A DNA stretch of 64,000 bases from the human T2T-CHM13v2.0 reference genome, Homo sapiens, in the NCBI RefSeq assembly GCF_009914755.1, contig NC_060933.1. One strand, given 5' to 3'. The translations under genes and the position numbers were made by a program. Shown one piece after another: positions 59,625 through 64,000 of this stretch. The notes under the pieces were generated by a model. It saw only the letters and a program-made list of their open reading frames with translations. It searched no databases and had not been told where the DNA came from. Numbering within the stretch: the first letter of the stretch is position 1; each line of letters opens with the position of its first letter.

Positions 59625-60062
59625 ATTATTCACAATAGCAAAGACATGGAATCAACCTAAATGCCCATCAGTGGTAGACTATATAAATAAAATGTGGTAC
59701 ATATACAACATGGAATACCATGCAGCCATAAAAAAGAATGAGATCGTATCCTTTTCAGGAGCCTGAATGGAGCTGGAGACCACCATCCTTAACAAACTAA
59801 TGCGAGAACAGAAAACCAAATACTGCATATTCTCACAAGTGGGAGCTAAATGATAAGAACATATGGACACAAAGAGGGGAACAATAGACACTGGGGCCTA
59901 TTTGAGGGTGGAGGATGGAAGGAGGGAGAGGAGCAGAAAAAAATAACTGTCAGGTCCTATGCTTAGGGTGGATGACAAAATAATCTGTACAGCCAACCCT
60001 GTGACATAAGTTTACCTATATAACAAACCTGCACATGTATCCCTAAACCTAAAATAAAAGCT
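59625..60062 (+). mobile_element. L1PA13-16/L1PB-like 3' end
   Basis: ttattcacaatagcaaagacatggaatcaacc...aacctgcacatgtatccctaaacctaaaataaaag; TSD aaacttgcaca / aaccttgcaca. Confidence 0.85.
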
Positions 60063-60254
60063 TTTATAAACCTTGCACATAAATATTTATAGCAGCTTTA
60101 TTCATTATTGTCAAGCTTGGAAGTAACCAAGATGTCATTCAGTACATGAATGGATAAACAAACTGTAGTACCTTCATACAATATAATATTATTCAGTGAT
60201 AAAAAGAAGTGAGTTATCAGGCTCTGAAAAGACATGAAAGAGGCCCTTTGTTCT

Positions 60255-60400
60255 GCAGCTGGGACCTCCATCTTCTCCTGCCTTGGAAATCACCCCATTC
60301 TCAGGCCTCCAGCTTCAGACTGAATTCCGCCACTGGCTTTCCTGGTTCCCTAGTTTGCAGATGGCATTTCATGGGAATTCTCAGCCACCATAATCATATG
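60255..60400 (+). mobile_element. MLT2 LTR fragment
   Basis: tcttctcctgccttgg...cactggctttcctggttc...ttgcagatggca...ccataatcat. Confidence 0.6.
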
Positions 60401-60889
60401 AAAAACTCAGCCACCAGCTAGCCAATAGCATACCTGAGCAGGGAGTGGAAGGTTTCATATGATATCATGGCTGGGATATAGTCACTATCAAGACAGAGAG
60501 AACCCCCGACGTGGCCCCCTGGATTCAAGAAAGCAATTCTTCACTTGGACACTCAATCTGAAGCAGAGAATCCAAGAAAAGTACAAAGCAAAGATTTTCA
60601 CCTTTTTGTGTCTTCAAAGAGTCCCCAACCTTTTTGTGGGAAAGAGGTGGCTGGTTCTTATTTTCCTAAAATCTCACAATATCTAAGGGGTAGGTGAGGA
60701 CTAGGCATTTGCCCCAACCCCCTTCTCACTAGAAGTGCTAAAGGGATTTGGCCATAATAGCAGCTGTTTCATAGCCAGTCTTGCAGAAACTTTTTTGCAA
60801 CCTGGTGCAAATGCCTGTCCCATGGAACCAGAAAAAAAGATCAAGCACATTGTGATTGCCACTAAAAAATTAGAATTGAGGTATGCTCC

Positions 60890-61206
60890 TGTCTTGGTCT
60901 GTTCATGCTGCTATAACAAAATACCATAGAATGGGTGATTATAAACAACAGAAACTGAGTTCTGAAAACTGGGAAGTCAAAGGTCAAAGTGCTGGCAGAT
61001 TTACTGTCTGATGAGGGCCTGCTTTTTGGTTTATAGGTGGCCTTTCTACCAGTGTCCTCATATGTGGAAGAGGCAAGCTAGCTCTCTGGGGCCTCTTTTT
61101 ATAAGGACACTAATCCCATTCATAAGGGCTCTGACCTCGTAACCTAATCACTTCCCAAAGGCCCCACTTTGTAATTTCATCATATTGGTGATTAAATTTC
61201 AACATG
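60890..61206 (-). mobile_element. MLT1A/MSTD-like LTR
   Basis: gctgctataacaaaataccataga...taaggacactaatcccattcat...acctaatcacttcccaaaggcccc. Confidence 0.8.
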
Positions 61207-61959
61207 CCATCATCAGTGTTGGGGAACCGTGAGGAATCTGTTTTTGTATGGGTAAGATCAAGAGGTCAAAAACACAGGAGCAAATCTTTGTGGCCCTGGA
61301 TGAGGGAATGGTTTCTTAGATATGACATCAAAAACACAAACAACAAAAGAAAAAAAATAGATACATTAGACTTCATGAAATTTAAAACTTTTGTGCTTCC
61401 AAGAACACTGTAGAGAAAGTGAAAAGATAAACCATGTTCAAGTGGGGGGCAAGTGAAAGCTCTGCTCCAAAGGCAGCAAATAAATGTGTTCAGAGGAGTC
61501 TATTCCATGTCCATTGATCAGAGAGATATTGACAAATTTAAATGAACATGGCTTTGTATTTAATGAAGTGGCTCTGAAGTGCCACATGGAATGCCAAACC
61601 TCTGTTTCAGGTTTCTTAGACATATTTATTTGTTGTTTCTCTAATTTGTGGGCATGGTTGGATCCTTACTGAACAATTAATTGATGGAAAAGCCAAAATG
61701 AGAAGCAAGCACCTTTTTTTCTTTTCTAGGCGGCTGCTGAGCTTGAAGGTTTTAAAATATTTTTGGCTTGATCATTCTAGAGTCAAGGTCAGTCAGCTTG
61801 GAAAGCCTAGGATTCATATTCTTTCAGTGGTAAAATAAGTATCTGGATGACCTAGGTACCATATATACTACCTGAGGAAGCAAGTTGATTCCATGGAAAA
61901 AGTGTAGACCACTATTATTTTTTGCTTGGATGACTAAAAGCTTCCTAATTTCCCTTAGT

Positions 61960-62150
61960 GCAAATTCTGGCTCCACTAATTTGTAAATGTTTCACTTTAG
62001 GCAAGCTACATAATCCTTGCTGAAGTCTCAGTTTTTCTTTAAGGAAAATGAAAATAACCATAACTACCTTGCACAGTTGTTAAAAGAATGAAATAGGATT
62101 ATACAAAGAACTTAGTATAGGACTTGGTAAATAGTAGGTTCTTAGCAGAT
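61960..62150 (+). mobile_element. MIR
   Basis: caaattctggctccactaa...ggcaagctacataatc...gtctcagtttttc...aaaatgaaaataa. Confidence 0.65.
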
Positions 62151-62717
62151 AGTGGGACCTGTAGATAATCTCTAAATGTGGTTTCCAAATTGGGGGAAGC
62201 CAGTATATCTCTCCTATACATTCACATCTTGTATCTGCTTGCTAGCCTTGGTGTGATTTCTCTCTGATGGATTTATTATTTACATGTTTATCTCTTTACT
62301 GGACTTTAGCTACCTAAGACAATGGTGGAACTTACTCTTTCTATCCCCAGTGACTAGCAGTGGACTTAGTGAATGTTTGAATGAATAAAAATCTCTCCCA
62401 CTGTATATATTGGGAGGAAAGAAAATATCAATTTCACCAGTGCCCACCCTATTGAAGACTTCTCAGACTGAAGCCATCCGTGAGTGTATACCCTTGTCTT
62501 TTAGAGTACAGTGATCACTATTCATAGATGTTCTCATCAAGCAGGACATGAAGGAAAAAAATGTCCTCTTTTCTGTGCAAACTGAACTTCAGTGTTTGTA
62601 ATCTTATCAGACTGGGCTGGAAAGAAGTAAAATAATATCATGGACCATTAGTGGTCACAAGACATAGTGTTTATAGAATCCTCCAAATGAAATCTTTCCT
62701 GTTTTTCATTGTGTGGG

Positions 62718-63133
62718 TGTATTAGTCCATTCTCGCATTGCTATGAAGGAATACCTGAGACTGGGTAATTTATAAAGAAAAGAGGTTTAATTAGCTCATG
62801 GTTCCACAGGCTGTACAGGAAGCATGATGCTGGCATCTGCTTGGCTTCTGGGGAGGCCTCAGGAAACTTACAATCATGGCCAAAGGCAAAGGTGTAGCAA
62901 GGCATCTCACATGGCGGGAGGAGGGGTTTGGGGAGGTGCCACACACTTTGAAATGACCAGATATCATGAGAACACACTCATGACCATGAGGACAGTACCA
63001 AGGGGATGATGCTAAACCATTCCTGAGAAATTCACCTGCATGGCTCAGTTACCTCCCACCAGGCCCCACCTCCAACATTAGGGATTACGATTTGACATGA
63101 GATTTGGTAGGAACACAGATCCAAACCATGTAA
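62718..63133 (-). mobile_element. MSTA LTR (3' LTR)
   Basis: tgtattagtccattctc...gaggcctcaggaaacttacaatcatgg...cacagatccaaacca. Confidence 0.9.

Positions 63134-64000
<867 letters not shown>

Larger units (their letters stand above)
58075..60240 (+). mobile_element. L1MC/MB 3' fragment interrupted by a MER52 LTR and a younger L1P
   Basis: tctgaacagacacctcaccaaagagg...aatgaaatacca | ccactacacacctat...ccttggtatttac | atagcagctttattcat. Confidence 0.75.

Overview
Human genomic DNA: an AluYa5 copy with all five diagnostic bases identifies the species. The window looks intergenic or intronic and is dominated by interspersed repeats: about 17 Alu/FAM elements, many L1, HAL1, L2 and MIR fragments, MaLR/ERVL/ERV1 LTRs, and Tigger1, Tigger3, MER1/3/5, Arthur-like and MER85 DNA-transposon relics. 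No protein-coding exon can be supported; the ORFs with recognisable homology are decayed L1 ORF2, Tigger1 transposase or Alu read-through. There is one small CpG island at about 4.85-5.5 kb. The most unusual structure is a local inverted duplication at 43.4-45.8 kb whose two segments are circularly permuted (A..B on the left; B joined directly to A by 2-bp microhomology in the inverted copy), a pattern expected from a circular intermediate or multi-step template switching. Other notable items are a 200-bp tandem duplication with a templated junction, a target site used twice (L1 and Alu), a near-full-length Tigger1 carrying five nested insertions including a MER85, and a young AluYa5. Repeat subfamily names come from recalled consensus sequences and were not checked with RepeatMasker; most boundaries are approximate.
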